IMG/VR virus record: IMGVR_UViG_3300019935_000002
Span: 14,395-78,394 of that record
DNA from: a virus
Strand: one strand, 5' to 3'
Length of the DNA: 64,000 nt
Position numbers and translations under genes: made by a program. Positions within the stretch are counted from its first letter, which is position 1. Each line of letters opens with the position of its first letter. The notes below the pieces were generated by a model, which did no database searches, was not told the DNA's origin, and worked only from the letters and a program-made list of their open reading frames with translations. Of the stretch, positions 44,859-55,253 are shown piece after piece.

Positions 44859-45544
44859 AAAACCTGTCAGACAAGTTCTTTACGATAGTTGCGGCTATGG
44901 CTAAGGATCGAACTATCGGGGATGCCGGAAAACTTCCTTGGCACATGCCGTCCGAGTTGCGTCACTTTAAATCTATCACCACAGGAAAGGTCGTAATCGC
45001 CGGTAGGAAGACCTACGAATCGCTCCCAAAAGCAGCGCTGGCAGGGAGGCAATACGTAGTGGTCAGCAGAGACCCCTACTACGTTCTACGTAGGGCAGAG
45101 GACATACTGGCCACGGATCTTGAAGAGGCCGTGTTTGCAGCAGCTTACACCTCACCGTCAGCCGAGATTATGGTAATCGGGGGTGGCGAGATATTCCGAC
45201 AGGCTGCCGAGTTCGCGGACCGCGCCATCATCTCTACGATAGATGCCGAGTTCCAGGGAGACACCGAGTTCCAGGCGGACTTGTCTGGATGGAGGTCGGA
45301 CAAGGAGGAAGAGATCCGCTGCGAGACATCCGAACTAACTGCCACGATACACTACCTAACAAGGCCTGCAGATGGGAGACTGACACCCTGCACCGGCATC
45401 TGTTCATCTTCCTCCCTTGGCGATCCGGTATGTGCAGGCTGCGGGAGAAAGTCAAAGGAGGTGGACTTATGGTATCTCCAACCAAAAGCCTATAAAAGGC
45501 TGGTAACGAGTCGATTAAAGGAGAGTCAAAGTGACAGGACTTAA
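44855..45544 (+). CDS. folA: dihydrofolate reductase with C-terminal DUF1289-like Cys domain
   Basis: IGDAGKLPWH, HFKSIT, GRKTYES, VIGGGEIF, GDTEF; then TPCTGICS...CAGCGR..EV..W. Confidence 0.9.
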   Translation: MKNLSDKFFTIVAAMAKDRTIGDAGKLPWHMPSELRHFKSITTGKVVIAGRKTYESLPKAALAGRQYVVVSRDPYYVLRRAEDILATDLEEAVFAAAYTSPSAEIMVIGGGEIFRQAAEFADRAIISTIDAEFQGDTEFQADLSGWRSDKEEEIRCETSELTATIHYLTRPADGRLTPCTGICSSSSLGDPVCAGCGRKSKEVDLWYLQPKAYKRLVTSRLKESQSDRT

Positions 45545-46046
45545 CCCGATCAAAGAACCCAAGCCTGCCCCGGAGCGCAGCCTAAACCTAAATATTAAGC
45601 AGGCAGTTTCCATGGTAGCTTCTGCGATGAGGGAAGGCATGCTAGACCCTGACGATGTGTTGATGCTGGAACAGGGAGGTATTCACCGGACGCAAGTAAA
45701 GCAGAGCGTATATGAGACCTATGAGGATCTGCTGGCGACTGCGCAGGAAACCCTAGCTGAGGTTAGATCCAACAAGGTCATGATCCGCGAGTCTCCCGCC
45801 GAGTTCAGCCGGATAGTTGGACTCGTAGTGAAGCTGATGGATTCAGTAAGAAAGTCTCAGTCAGAGGCTCGCAGGGTAGAGGAGTTGACGGCACTGGAAT
45901 CTGCCCTGCATGGGTGCATATCTGACATCCAGGATGAGGTGTCGGGCAACAAGGACCTTGAGGTCCTTGTCGATTCTGCAGTTAAGACTATGATGCGTAA
46001 CTTGGAAGACAACCTCAAGAACATACAGGCCAAGTACGAGGATTAG
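45531..46046 (+). CDS. hypothetical helical protein (candidate small terminase)
   Basis: Coiled-coil-like ORF near terL; function by position only. Confidence 0.6.
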   Translation: MTGLNPIKEPKPAPERSLNLNIKQAVSMVASAMREGMLDPDDVLMLEQGGIHRTQVKQSVYETYEDLLATAQETLAEVRSNKVMIRESPAEFSRIVGLVVKLMDSVRKSQSEARRVEELTALESALHGCISDIQDEVSGNKDLEVLVDSAVKTMMRNLEDNLKNIQAKYED

Positions 46047-46110
46047 GTTGCGATAGGGTCGGTCTATAAGGTAGTATCGGCCACATAGATACAACCTATC
46101 GGAGTGAATT

Positions 46111-46398
46111 ATGAACACTAAAGAGCTTATTAAGGTAGTGCACGAAGAAACTGGGCTGACTTATCGCGAAAGCGAGCGAGCTGTCAGGTCTGTAATTGGT
46201 CAAGTTAAAGAGGCGGTTGCAGGTGGGGACGAGGTCAACCTGAAGGGTTTACTGAATATTAAACGTGTCCACCGTAATGCCAGAGTATATAAGTCCGGAA
46301 TGACAGGCAGCACAGTGACTAAACCAGCGCACACTCGGCCAGTTATTAGTCTTTCGGGCCCGCTGGTGAAAGAAGCCACGCGCGATATTAACGGTTGA
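46111..46398 (+). CDS. HU/IHF-like DNA-binding protein
   Basis: MNTKELI, GDEVNLKG, RNAR..., PAHTRP. Confidence 0.85.
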   Translation: MNTKELIKVVHEETGLTYRESERAVRSVIGQVKEAVAGGDEVNLKGLLNIKRVHRNARVYKSGMTGSTVTKPAHTRPVISLSGPLVKEATRDING

Positions 46399-46423
46399 CT
46401 TGCAGCTGACCTTCTGCGGCGAT

Positions 46424-46448
46424 AAAAGGCCTCCTAGGAGGCCTTTTT
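46424..46448. terminator. bidirectional intrinsic terminator
   Basis: AAAAGGCCTCCTAGGAGGCCTTTTT between convergent genes. Confidence 0.85.
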
Positions 46449-48329
46449 CTATAACTTAATTCTAGCTCCGTCATCCCGACCGAACCTAGAGCCAGCGCCG
46501 AGAGACGGCCCTTTAGGTCGGAAGGTAGACATAGCCGGCGGCATATACACACCTGAGCTAGCCCCTTTAGCTACGGCACCCACCACCATATAAAGTAGAG
46601 CATGTACAAAGTGGTCAGGCTCATTAGAAGCAACTTTGATCCACTGCTCTTCAGGCTGACCGTTGTTATCCTCCAAACGGGTAACAACTTTTTTCACGTT
46701 GGCCATATTCCTTCTCAGGTCAGCAATTTTCTTCTCATTCCAGCCCTTAGGCAGCCTTATCTTGCCAGACTGCCATAGGTAGAGAAGGTGGTTTAGCATT
46801 TTAGTCCGGTAGACTTTCGCCACTCGGTCGTCATTATCAACAGCCAACAGGTCGGCAGTACCAAAGCCGCCAGACACATACTGAGCCTGAAGCCCCCAAG
46901 TTGCTGCAGATACCTTCAACGCTGCGGTCTGATCCGGAAGCTGGTCAATTACCAGCGACCGGGCATTATACTTTTTCTGGACGTAGGCCAGACGGTCGAA
47001 AAGTTCCGGTTCAGGGAAAGCCTCAGCAAACTTACCTGTTAAAGTAACGTCGTCAATCGTCTTATGTACAGGGGAGAACCTTTCCCACTCATGTACGGTC
47101 ACTTCTTCCGGCATGCCAGATGAGGCAACTTTAACCCTACCGATCACAATGTCAGATGTAGCGCCCACGTCACAGCCTACCGCACAGCCCTGTAGCCTTT
47201 CTCCATTCTCCACTGCAACTCTTTCGGTTGTGAAAATGCTCTTGTCGTCGATACCCTTAAGACTGAAGGCTTGGTCACCATCCTCATAGGCCTCCCCTAG
47301 AACAAAGTTAACCCAGTCGCCATGACTGAAACCGCCTTTCGCCTGAGAAAGGATCTTAGGGATGTCGTTGAACTCGTAAAAGTCGTAGGGCTTGGTCTCG
47401 AATCCGCGGTGATCAAGGACGCCTGGACGCTGCGCAACCCATTCACGGTCTTTGGCCAGCAGCTCCTCATGCAGCTTCTTGCCACACTTCTGGCACTTGA
47501 GGTAGGCAGATGAGATGTCAACCCCAGGAGTGCCGACATAGTGGCCTCTGAATTCAGAGAGAGGCCTATCGAAACCGGGGATGACTACATCATCAAAGAA
47601 GTTAGGCGCCTGACGAGTTCCGCAGCGACCGCACTTGACCATGTAGCGCATGCCATTAGAACTTTGCAGCAGGCCGTCTACCCCGTAGCCTGGCAAGGTT
47701 GGAGTAGAGAATCGGTACAAAACCCCGCGCATGGTATCTTCGGTGCCTGGGATATTGAACTCGGTCGCGTGACGGATACGGGACTCATACTGGCCTGCAA
47801 TCTTCATGTTCATGAAGTCGTACTCGTCGAGAATCACAGCTTCCGCAGGAGTGGAGATAGCGCCACCGGTGGAGTCCTGAGTACCACCAAGGTGGACAAA
47901 GCTAGACCCTACTTGCCGAAGAAGAGTAGTCTGAGTGGTCCCACGACCGTAGTTCAGGGCAGGACAGCTGTCGATGATAGGTTTAATCCGGACGGTACTG
48001 TTCTTCTCGGCCATCTTACCAGTAGGCATAACATACAGGATGTTTGCTCCCTTCATACAGGCAGCAAACGCGACAGCCATTCGGATAGTAGCCTCGGTAG
48101 CGCCGATCTGCGATGGTTTAATAATGCTTACCTTTGGGTGCGGCTCCATTTGATCGCCACCCATAAACCAAGCAGCCTGAGCCTCGTGGCCCTTAAGACT
48201 GAACTTCTTGTCTTTTATGTAAGTATTTCTCGTTGCCCAAGACAAGGCACCGGCCAGGCCTAGCCGAGAGTCGACCGCAGTACCCATGCGATCCAAGTAT
48301 TGTTGGTATCTTGGCGATAATGATCTCAT
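46449..48329 (-). CDS. terminase large subunit, lambda gpA-like
   Basis: KPSQIGATE, YVMPT, ILDEYD, STPT, CxxC pairs, GCDVG and DHFVHA nuclease motifs. Confidence 0.92.
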   Translation of the reverse strand: MRSLSPRYQQYLDRMGTAVDSRLGLAGALSWATRNTYIKDKKFSLKGHEAQAAWFMGGDQMEPHPKVSIIKPSQIGATEATIRMAVAFAACMKGANILYVMPTGKMAEKNSTVRIKPIIDSCPALNYGRGTTQTTLLRQVGSSFVHLGGTQDSTGGAISTPAEAVILDEYDFMNMKIAGQYESRIRHATEFNIPGTEDTMRGVLYRFSTPTLPGYGVDGLLQSSNGMRYMVKCGRCGTRQAPNFFDDVVIPGFDRPLSEFRGHYVGTPGVDISSAYLKCQKCGKKLHEELLAKDREWVAQRPGVLDHRGFETKPYDFYEFNDIPKILSQAKGGFSHGDWVNFVLGEAYEDGDQAFSLKGIDDKSIFTTERVAVENGERLQGCAVGCDVGATSDIVIGRVKVASSGMPEEVTVHEWERFSPVHKTIDDVTLTGKFAEAFPEPELFDRLAYVQKKYNARSLVIDQLPDQTAALKVSAATWGLQAQYVSGGFGTADLLAVDNDDRVAKVYRTKMLNHLLYLWQSGKIRLPKGWNEKKIADLRRNMANVKKVVTRLEDNNGQPEEQWIKVASNEPDHFVHALLYMVVGAVAKGASSGVYMPPAMSTFRPKGPSLGAGSRFGRDDGARIKL

Positions 48330-48416
48330 CTCTGCCCCTACTGCGGTAACTGGTAAAATATTCTAATCTGGTGGTATCATAGCGCACAACCAACCATTCT
48401 ACACCGGCAGACATTT

Positions 48417-49865
48417 ATGGCACAGTCACCAAAGATCAAGCCCATAGTAAGACCCAAAAAGACACCAAATAAGGCGCAGTCTCAGGTAGTAGGTCAGAAC
48501 GTGGACGCCGGTTCAGAAATCACGAACCCGGACAGAAGTTACACCTTCTACACCGGCAGAGACCTGCTTTCTCTGATCAACAGCGGGGCTGCCACCGACG
48601 CTGTAAGGCGGATGGTTAGAACTTCCGACTCTACCGTATCCTCAGACGTTAGCACGAAAGCCACTCTGGCCAACTCAGGCTATGAGGTGACAGCTTACAA
48701 CTCCCAGACCATGGAGTTTGACGCCGAGGCGACGATTGCGGCGACCAACGTACTTAAATCTCTTGGGAGGGTGTACGACTACACGAAAGGCTTCGTAGCC
48801 AAGCCGTCTATCAGCGAGGTCCTCCACAGGATGCTAGTTGATACGCAGATAACCGGCGCTCCGGCGGCTGAACTGGTTATGGACAAGGATAGGCTGCCCT
48901 CTCACATCAACACCATAGCCTACGACTACCTGAAGAAGATTGCCAAGAAAGACGGCGGATGGTTCCCAAGACAGGCCATTCCGCGTCAGGATGAGGTTGA
49001 CCTAGACTACCCTAACATCTTCCTAAGTGAGATGCTGAAGGACTCAGGGTCAGTTTACGCGATCAGCCCAATTATACCAGCCCTACCAGACGTCTTTGAC
49101 CTTAGGGTGTTTAAAGACGATATGCAGAGAGCGGTGAGCAGGGCGGGTCATGGAAGGTTAGTGGTTACCGTCGACTACGAGTCGGTGTTCAATAATATGC
49201 CGGACGAAGTAAAGTCTGCGGATAAAGAGGTCATTTATGCTGAGATGGAGAAGGCAAGGGCACAGCTTCAGGGCATTGTCGATGAGCTAGAACCACAGGA
49301 CGCTCTAGTTTCCTGGGATTCTGCGACGGTCGATGTTAAGGACGGCTCAGGTTCCAGAGCAGATTACAAACCTCTGCTTGAGACTAAACTGAGTCAACTT
49401 GCATCAGCTCTGAAATCCAATTCATCAGCGCTAGGCCTGCGCATCGAAGGCTCCCAGTCTCTTTCCAATACTGAGTCACTGATCTACCTGAAGCAGTGTG
49501 CCGGCATACAGAAACCGGTGGCAGACGTGATGACCCGCATGCTTACATTCGCCTGCCGCATCCTCGGCATGGACGTCACCGTGGACTTCAAGTTCAAGGA
49601 TATCAATCTGCGACCAGAGGACGAGCTTGAAGCCTTCAAGACTTCACGGCATAGCCGATACAGAAAAGACCTATCTGACGGCCTAATATCTGACGCCTAT
49701 TTTTACCACGTTACCGGACTGCCCCCGCAACCTACGAACCTATCCGGAACCGGATTTGATTCTGGAGCAGGCAAAGGAGTCCCTGAAACTACGTCTGGCC
49801 CCCAAGAGGACAGGCTACAACCTGACAACGATGTGCCGCGACGCGGCGGAGGATCGGATCAATGA
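48417..49865 (+). CDS. portal protein
   Basis: Size and position at head of capsid operon. Confidence 0.75.
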   Translation: MAQSPKIKPIVRPKKTPNKAQSQVVGQNVDAGSEITNPDRSYTFYTGRDLLSLINSGAATDAVRRMVRTSDSTVSSDVSTKATLANSGYEVTAYNSQTMEFDAEATIAATNVLKSLGRVYDYTKGFVAKPSISEVLHRMLVDTQITGAPAAELVMDKDRLPSHINTIAYDYLKKIAKKDGGWFPRQAIPRQDEVDLDYPNIFLSEMLKDSGSVYAISPIIPALPDVFDLRVFKDDMQRAVSRAGHGRLVVTVDYESVFNNMPDEVKSADKEVIYAEMEKARAQLQGIVDELEPQDALVSWDSATVDVKDGSGSRADYKPLLETKLSQLASALKSNSSALGLRIEGSQSLSNTESLIYLKQCAGIQKPVADVMTRMLTFACRILGMDVTVDFKFKDINLRPEDELEAFKTSRHSRYRKDLSDGLISDAYFYHVTGLPPQPTNLSGTGFDSGAGKGVPETTSGPQEDRLQPDNDVPRRGGGSDQ

Positions 49866-50752
49866 GTGAATTCTCTATCTGGCTTGGCTCCCATAATGTA
49901 GCCCTGGATACAGCCGCAAGGATTACGCTAGGACATGAGAGGTACGTCCCGGAAGCCGCCAAGTATAAGGACAAAAAGGGGCCGATGGCCACTGCCAGCT
50001 TCTCGTCAGAAAATGGCCTATACGGCTACATGGCGCAGAGGCAGGGCAGGCAAGGAAGAACGGCCATGATCTCCATCCAGGGCGGCATGGTGCAACGGGC
50101 CGAGTGGTGGCACGAGTATGTAGGGCTGCCCAGCTATGAGGCCATCAATCAGGCCCTAGCGGCAGCGTCCGCTGACGAGTCTGTGGATAGCATTCTGCTG
50201 AATCTCGATTCCCCTGGAGGCATGGTGTCTGGGATCGACTCAGTTACTGATACTATGGCTAGGATAGATAAGCCGATAATCGGATACACGGACGGTGTAA
50301 TGGCATCAGCCGCTTACTGGATAGGATCTAACACTGATATGTTAGTCAGCTCTCGCCTAGCTACAGTGGGTTCTGTGGGGGCTATTGTCATCCGGCAGGA
50401 CATCACTCAGATGCTTGAGAAGGCCGGCATCAAGATGGAAATCTACAGAGCCGGTGACAACAAGGCCAGGATGAACCCGTTCGAGGATATGAGAGAAGAA
50501 GACAAGGAACACCTGCAAAGTAGTCTGGACGAAAGCTACTCAGCCTTCCTGGATCAAGTCGCTATAGGTAGGAAAGGTAAAGTAAGCCGACAGGGACTTG
50601 AGGAGCTGACGGAGTACGGTAGGACGTTCTCGGGTAAGACGGCATACGCTAAAAATCTGGTTGATTACAACGCCTCGCTTATTGAAGTCCTTGAACAAAT
50701 GGACGAAACAATCAATAATAACGATCAAAACCCCATGTCGTCCATAGGTTAG
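49862..50752 (+). CDS. S49 (SppA-like) prohead protease
   Basis: LDSPGG, MASAAYWI, VGSVG, AGDNKA. Confidence 0.93.
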   Translation: MSEFSIWLGSHNVALDTAARITLGHERYVPEAAKYKDKKGPMATASFSSENGLYGYMAQRQGRQGRTAMISIQGGMVQRAEWWHEYVGLPSYEAINQALAAASADESVDSILLNLDSPGGMVSGIDSVTDTMARIDKPIIGYTDGVMASAAYWIGSNTDMLVSSRLATVGSVGAIVIRQDITQMLEKAGIKMEIYRAGDNKARMNPFEDMREEDKEHLQSSLDESYSAFLDQVAIGRKGKVSRQGLEELTEYGRTFSGKTAYAKNLVDYNASLIEVLEQMDETINNNDQNPMSSIG

Positions 50753-50792
50753 AGCTATGGAAGACAGGAAGTAGCTGACAAAGGTACTTACT

Positions 50793-51437
50793 ATGTTACG
50801 CAAACGTCACGGCCGAGTGGTCTGCTTGGCTCCTGCTTCTGAGCACGGTTCTGTTGATGGACTGGCTCAGGCCATGCAGGAAAATCTGAACATCTCGCCT
50901 GCAGAGTTAGAGGCAGCAGCCAGTCTTGAAGAAGATGGCGCCGAAGAGGAAGGACCTGAGCCTGTACAGACTCCGGACGAGCCAGAGGAATCTCCTGCAG
51001 ATCTGGACGCATCCGCAGGTCAAGATCTGCAGGCCAAGCTGGACGCGGCTCTGGAAGAGAATAAAGCCCTGACAGCACAAGTGTCTCTGCTGGAAAGACT
51101 TAACAGCACCCTGAACTCTGATAAGTCAGGCATGCAGGCCAAGCTAGATGTGCAGGCATCAGAACTTGAAAGCGCTGCTCAAGCCTGTGAAGCCCTAAAG
51201 CCGGGGGCGGTGCGGGCGGTTAAAGTCCTGTCACGAGTCCTCGGAGAGCCGGTAGCGGATGACCTCTCAAGCAAGTCAGCAGCCGAGATCGGCTCTATCT
51301 GCGCGTCCCTGATCTCGAAGAACGAGAAAGTGATGCCTAACCGCCAAGTTTCAAATGAAATGCCTACAGGCACCGGTGCCGAGCCGGAACAAGTAGTTGT
51401 ACCAACCGCCAGCGAAAGCGGCTTGTCCAACTTCTAA
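50793..51437 (+). CDS. scaffolding protein
   Basis: Acidic coiled-coil between protease and capsid genes. Confidence 0.65.
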   Translation: MLRKRHGRVVCLAPASEHGSVDGLAQAMQENLNISPAELEAAASLEEDGAEEEGPEPVQTPDEPEESPADLDASAGQDLQAKLDAALEENKALTAQVSLLERLNSTLNSDKSGMQAKLDVQASELESAAQACEALKPGAVRAVKVLSRVLGEPVADDLSSKSAAEIGSICASLISKNEKVMPNRQVSNEMPTGTGAEPEQVVVPTASESGLSNF

Positions 51438-51457
51438 ACTACACCAGGAGAGAGATA

Positions 51458-51877
51458 ATGGGTCCATTATTCGACGAAAACATCTCCAACTCTACCTACC
51501 CGGCAGACACGGTCTACTTGACTGGTGTAGCAGGTAGTGCAGATGTTGGCAAACCTGTAATTCTGGCAGGCGCAACTACGTTCGCTCTGGCCGAAGACGG
51601 CGACGACTTTGAAGGATTTATCTACGCAGTTGATCCTGTCTTCGCTGACGGCACTGTCACAGGCTCGATTCAGCGACAGCCTCTGCTGCGTAAGCGTGTT
51701 ATTAATGCAGGCGCTACTCAGCTGGCTATTGGTGACACCGTGGTGGCGGCAGCTCAGGTAACCGCAGGTACTAAGGGTAAGCCACAGGTTAAGGCAGGCG
51801 CGGGCAGCTGGCGAGTTATTGAGCTGCTTAATGGGACAGGTCTGCAGACCGAAGAACTGGTTATTGAGAAGGTGTGA
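51458..51877 (+). CDS. head decoration/cement protein
   Basis: DVGKPV, ALAEDGDDFEGFI; immediately before MCP. Confidence 0.65.
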   Translation: MGPLFDENISNSTYPADTVYLTGVAGSADVGKPVILAGATTFALAEDGDDFEGFIYAVDPVFADGTVTGSIQRQPLLRKRVINAGATQLAIGDTVVAAAQVTAGTKGKPQVKAGAGSWRVIELLNGTGLQTEELVIEKV

Positions 51878-51879
51878 GC

Positions 51880-53064
51880 ATGAGCTACGAAGCATTGAAA
51901 TTTAATTATGAGGCTACTGACGGCACCAAGAAGGAAGCTCAGGTAGGCCTCCAGGAGTACCAGCAGGCGTCTCGCGCAGGCATGAACCTTAATCAGTTCC
52001 TGCAGGCGAAATACCAAGATGCAGACCCGAAGGTCGGCACGGTATTCCAGCAGTTTGCGGCTGCCATGGGCTACAACTTAAACCCTATGGCCAAGTTCAA
52101 AAACACAGCTGCTGAGATTCTGGAAGGAAAAGGAATCATCGCAGGAGCTGTTACAGCCCCGGACGGCCAGGACCGATCCATCGCAGGTCGCCTGTTGATG
52201 CCTGAGATTGTACTGGGCATGCAGGAGCAGTTCCTGCCGCAGGACACTATGCCTCTGCGGAATGCCCTGATGAGCAAGGTTGCTATCCGTACCAACGTCA
52301 ACAGCAAGACGTACTACCGTCCCGTTGTTGATTCCGATACCAACCGTGACTTTGAGCAGCGTGTTATCAGCCAGGGTGCGACCCCCGACCTGCTGGTTAA
52401 AATCGCGACATCGGAACGTGGCTACACCATCCCGACGACCTCCTTCGGTGTTGAGATCACGGACGAGGCCATGGCCTCCAGCACTCTTGATCAGATCGGC
52501 ATGATGCTGCGTTCAGCTCGCCGCAGTATCGACAACAAGTCTGTCTACCGCTGGATCAGCCGTATCGTAAATGGCGACGCACAGTACGGCATCACCGGCC
52601 TAACTCCTGTAAGTCTGTCCAGCTTTGACGGGTCTATCTCGGGTGACGAAGTGACCCAGACCGCATGGCTGAAGGCGCTTATGGACGGACAAGAGTACTG
52701 GGAAGCTGACACCATGTTGGCCACTAAAGACTCTTACCTGGCTATTGAAAACCGTGGCCAACGTCCGACAGTCAGCGATGACACCGGCCGTGACAACCGC
52801 CTGAACGCCGGCATGAACCTGATGAACGTATCTCTGGACACCATCGATACCATCTTGGTTAACCAAGATTCAGCACTGGGCGGCGCAGGCAACTTCCTGC
52901 TGTTCGATTCGCAGCAGTCTCTTGAGTACGTGCAGAACGTATCAGCGTCCTACGAAGCAGTAGAGCGTTACGTGATGCGCAAGATGGAGCAGATGCGCTT
53001 CGACATGGCAGAGGAAATGTTCCGCTTCCGTGACGACGCCATGATGCTGGTAACCCGAGCGTAA
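51880..53064 (+). CDS. major capsid protein
   Basis: ~394 aa, position, biased codon usage, GVEITDEA segment, downstream hairpin. Confidence 0.85.
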   Translation: MSYEALKFNYEATDGTKKEAQVGLQEYQQASRAGMNLNQFLQAKYQDADPKVGTVFQQFAAAMGYNLNPMAKFKNTAAEILEGKGIIAGAVTAPDGQDRSIAGRLLMPEIVLGMQEQFLPQDTMPLRNALMSKVAIRTNVNSKTYYRPVVDSDTNRDFEQRVISQGATPDLLVKIATSERGYTIPTTSFGVEITDEAMASSTLDQIGMMLRSARRSIDNKSVYRWISRIVNGDAQYGITGLTPVSLSSFDGSISGDEVTQTAWLKALMDGQEYWEADTMLATKDSYLAIENRGQRPTVSDDTGRDNRLNAGMNLMNVSLDTIDTILVNQDSALGGAGNFLLFDSQQSLEYVQNVSASYEAVERYVMRKMEQMRFDMAEEMFRFRDDAMMLVTRA

Positions 53065-53072
53065 GGCTGATC

Positions 53073-53092
53073 TGCCCGGGTTCGCCCGGGCA
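53073..53092 (+). terminator. stable hairpin after MCP (no U tract)
   Basis: TGCCCGGG-TTCG-CCCGGGCA. Confidence 0.55.
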
Positions 53093-53120
53093 ATCCATCG
53101 ACTAAACAGGAAACAATACC

Positions 53121-53357
53121 ATGGCTAAGATTGATACAGGCAAGATCGCTGTGTACAAAGGTAAATACCCTCTGAACGTAGCAACTAAGGACGGCAAACC
53201 GTTCACCAAGGAACCAGGTGAAGAACTGACTGCTGCGGAAGTAGCAGCTATCCCTGATAAAACCTTCCGCAGTATGCAAATTGCTGGGGACGTGCTGGTA
53301 GCCGACAAGCCTAAGGCGTCAGCAAAACCGGCAGGTCAAAAGGAAGACGATAAGTAA
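53121..53357 (+). CDS. small virion-associated protein
   Basis: ORF with AGGA SD after MCP. Confidence 0.7.
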   Translation: MAKIDTGKIAVYKGKYPLNVATKDGKPFTKEPGEELTAAEVAAIPDKTFRSMQIAGDVLVADKPKASAKPAGQKEDDK

Positions 53358-53806
53358 TGGCCTTCCTGGGCAGTATCTGCACAGCGGAAGACGTGAGGCA
53401 GGTTTTTGGCTTAGAGGACGACGAGCTGACGGATTCAACGATCCTCTCTCGCGCTACTCGGGTTGATATAGCTGTTAAGCAAGAAATTCCCGACTACCAG
53501 ACGATAATCGACAACCAAGCCTCAGATGCTGAGCCTTATGAGAAACTTGTCGACTACGTCATATACACGTCCGCAGATAAGGTACTGCCCGCCCTCATCC
53601 TTACCCTTGAGAAGAGTACCAAGGATGACTCAGGGGCTGAAGGGTCAAGGTACGATGACCTGAAGGCCAATCTTGAAGGCCTGAGGCAAGATATATCTGC
53701 CTATCTGGGGCAGCTAAGGGCTGACCTAACAAACACCTCCACTTCTGCCACCCTTACCATCATGGGCAGAAGCATTCCTGCCGTGGACGTAGTTACTGGC
53801 GGGTAA
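53357..53806 (+). CDS. putative head-tail adaptor
   Basis: CTAEDVR N-terminus, position. Confidence 0.6.
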   Translation: MAFLGSICTAEDVRQVFGLEDDELTDSTILSRATRVDIAVKQEIPDYQTIIDNQASDAEPYEKLVDYVIYTSADKVLPALILTLEKSTKDDSGAEGSRYDDLKANLEGLRQDISAYLGQLRADLTNTSTSATLTIMGRSIPAVDVVTGG

Positions 53807-53826
53807 ACTTAACCGCAGGGCGCGCC

Positions 53827-54780
53827 ATGAGCAAACGTCTTAAGAGAATCCAAAGAAAGTACCGAGACTCTGTGATGGAGCAGCTTGACCCAGGCGGCGC
53901 TTGGTCAGCATGGCTGCCCGTATCCGCTGAACCAGCCACCTCCCGCAAAAATAAATTTCACCTATTCGACGTAGACCGATTTTTGTCGATCTATAATCGA
54001 CCAGTACGCAGGCGCCAAATATCTCATGAGCCGGGCGCAATCTTCCCAAGTACGGGCGTGGTAAGAAATCCTGCAGACGGTGCCGTCTATATTTTAGGCG
54101 CAGACAGAACTGACACTGATGGCTCGCTGACGATAGAGACTCTGACGACCCTTCACGAAGTAGGGCAAACAGGCACTGTAACCCGTCGACAGCTGTCGGC
54201 TACCGCTACGCCAGAAGATCCCGGATGGCTTGATCAGGTGCAGGTTGGCGAGTTCTATTTCGATTCCGAGCTGAGAACCGTTACCGAGGAATCCGAGCAG
54301 GCTGGAGAGTTCGTAGGCAAGTATTTCACCTTCACCAACTGCTCAGATCTCCAGCCCAACGACGTCCTGACTATTGGGCAAGACTCTTACATTGTAGAGG
54401 CCCCGTACAAGGACGCAGGCTTCAACTCTGCCCGAGTGGCCAAACTTAAGGACTGCAGGCAGGATGTTGTCATTAACAAGCAGCAGTCGACAGCCGGGGT
54501 AACCTCTTCAAAGTACGATCCGCACAACCCGACCGCCAGCTCGACATCTACTGATCCTGAGCCATTCAACGTCACGGCTTGGATAGGTTCTTCAATGTCA
54601 GAGCCAGCAACCGCCATGACGGCCGCCGATGAGCTGCGAGTTTTTATCGATAAGACGGCTATAGGGTTCCGGCCTACTGCGTCACACTCCGTCGTCGTAG
54701 ATGGCGTAGAATGGAGCGTGGAGGACGTTAAATACAGCCACCAGTTCGAGCAGTACAGGCTAGACTGTAGGAGGGTGTGA
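53827..54780 (+). CDS. putative head closure/neck protein
   Basis: Position, beta-rich. Confidence 0.55.
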   Translation: MSKRLKRIQRKYRDSVMEQLDPGGAWSAWLPVSAEPATSRKNKFHLFDVDRFLSIYNRPVRRRQISHEPGAIFPSTGVVRNPADGAVYILGADRTDTDGSLTIETLTTLHEVGQTGTVTRRQLSATATPEDPGWLDQVQVGEFYFDSELRTVTEESEQAGEFVGKYFTFTNCSDLQPNDVLTIGQDSYIVEAPYKDAGFNSARVAKLKDCRQDVVINKQQSTAGVTSSKYDPHNPTASSTSTDPEPFNVTAWIGSSMSEPATAMTAADELRVFIDKTAIGFRPTASHSVVVDGVEWSVEDVKYSHQFEQYRLDCRRV

Positions 54781-55253
54781 TGGGTAGGAACAAGGCAGTA
54801 TCCGCAGCAATTATCAAAAAGCTCAGAGCACTGCCAGGTAGAGTGCATGCGGCAGGCCTTGAGGCGGCTATCTTCTTCCTGCCTGCTAATTCATATCAAG
54901 ACTCAGGCAGAGCTGCGTTTAACTGGCAGACTGAGTCTGGAAGAAATTCAGCCAGAGTGTACTTGGAAGACAGAGGCAGACCTCCTGTTGGTAACAGAGG
55001 TGATCGTAGGACGGGTACCGGAAAGTCACTCGATGCGGTGTCAAGGTTTAGAGTGAAAGAAGCTATGCAGCTACTTCGGTCGATAAGAGAAGGGTCAGTC
55101 AGCACGTCGACTATCTCCAATCCGATTCCCAAGGTCAACGAGTTCTACGAAGATAACGCCAAGCTAAAAGAAGCCCTTGAGGGTTCTAAGATCAGGATAG
55201 AGTCGGCTATGAAAGCGGAAGTAGATCACTGGCATAAAGAGAACGGAAGATGA
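54777..55253 (+). CDS. putative tail completion protein (HK97 gp10-like)
   Basis: QDSGRAAFNW motif, basic, position. Confidence 0.55.
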   Translation: MMGRNKAVSAAIIKKLRALPGRVHAAGLEAAIFFLPANSYQDSGRAAFNWQTESGRNSARVYLEDRGRPPVGNRGDRRTGTGKSLDAVSRFRVKEAMQLLRSIREGSVSTSTISNPIPKVNEFYEDNAKLKEALEGSKIRIESAMKAEVDHWHKENGR

